DNA from: an uncultured Sulfurospirillum sp.
GTDB taxonomy: Bacteria > Campylobacterota > Campylobacteria > Campylobacterales > Sulfurospirillaceae
Assembly (NCBI GenBank): GCA_964441765.1
Contig: CAYTVI010000005.1
Coordinates: forward strand, 1-50,222
Direction of reading: 5' to 3'
DNA: 50,222 nt
Shown here: positions 50,222 through 50,222 of the stretch, one piece after another
How the letters are laid out: every line of letters begins with the position of its first letter
Numbering within the stretch: position 1 is the first letter of the stretch
The notes under the pieces: generated by a model
Told to the model about the DNA's origin: nothing
The model's database searches: none
The model's input: the letters and a program-made list of their open reading frames with translations, nothing else
Made by a program: the position numbers and the translations under genes

Positions 50222-50222
50222 A

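Overview
AT-rich core chromosomal region of a Campylobacterota (Epsilonproteobacteria) bacterium, most likely Sulfurospirillum-like; the taxon is inferred from gene content and protein style. It holds about 50 densely packed genes: fadL-like (partial), nfo, Fur-family regulator with znuCB-like genes, a polar amino acid ABC transporter, a PilZ protein, four two-component systems, pyrC, glnK/B-amtB, two MCPs, msrA, an Mla/Mce ABC operon, c-type cytochromes, malate synthase G, eptA-dgkA, the rpsU...yajQ cluster, ccoG, thrS-infC-rpmI-rplT and tRNA-Val(GAC). I saw no prophage, IS element or CRISPR array. The most striking unexplained signal is a dispersed 10-bp palindrome, TTACATGTAA. By manual scan there are 21 perfect copies plus 5 copies of a single variant (consensus YTACATGTAR), against about 0.15 perfect copies expected by chance. 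It occurs inside genes (read as LHV or xTCK), in terminator hairpins and in promoters, which resembles a HIP1-like or DNA-uptake-like sequence. Other notable items are a RacA/RocS-like HTH-coiled-coil protein, an apparently catalytically dead resolvase coupled to ccoG, two DccR-type boxes with identical promoter geometry, a probable leaderless znuC transcript and a candidate structured leader before rplT. All counts and product calls were made by eye, without database searches.
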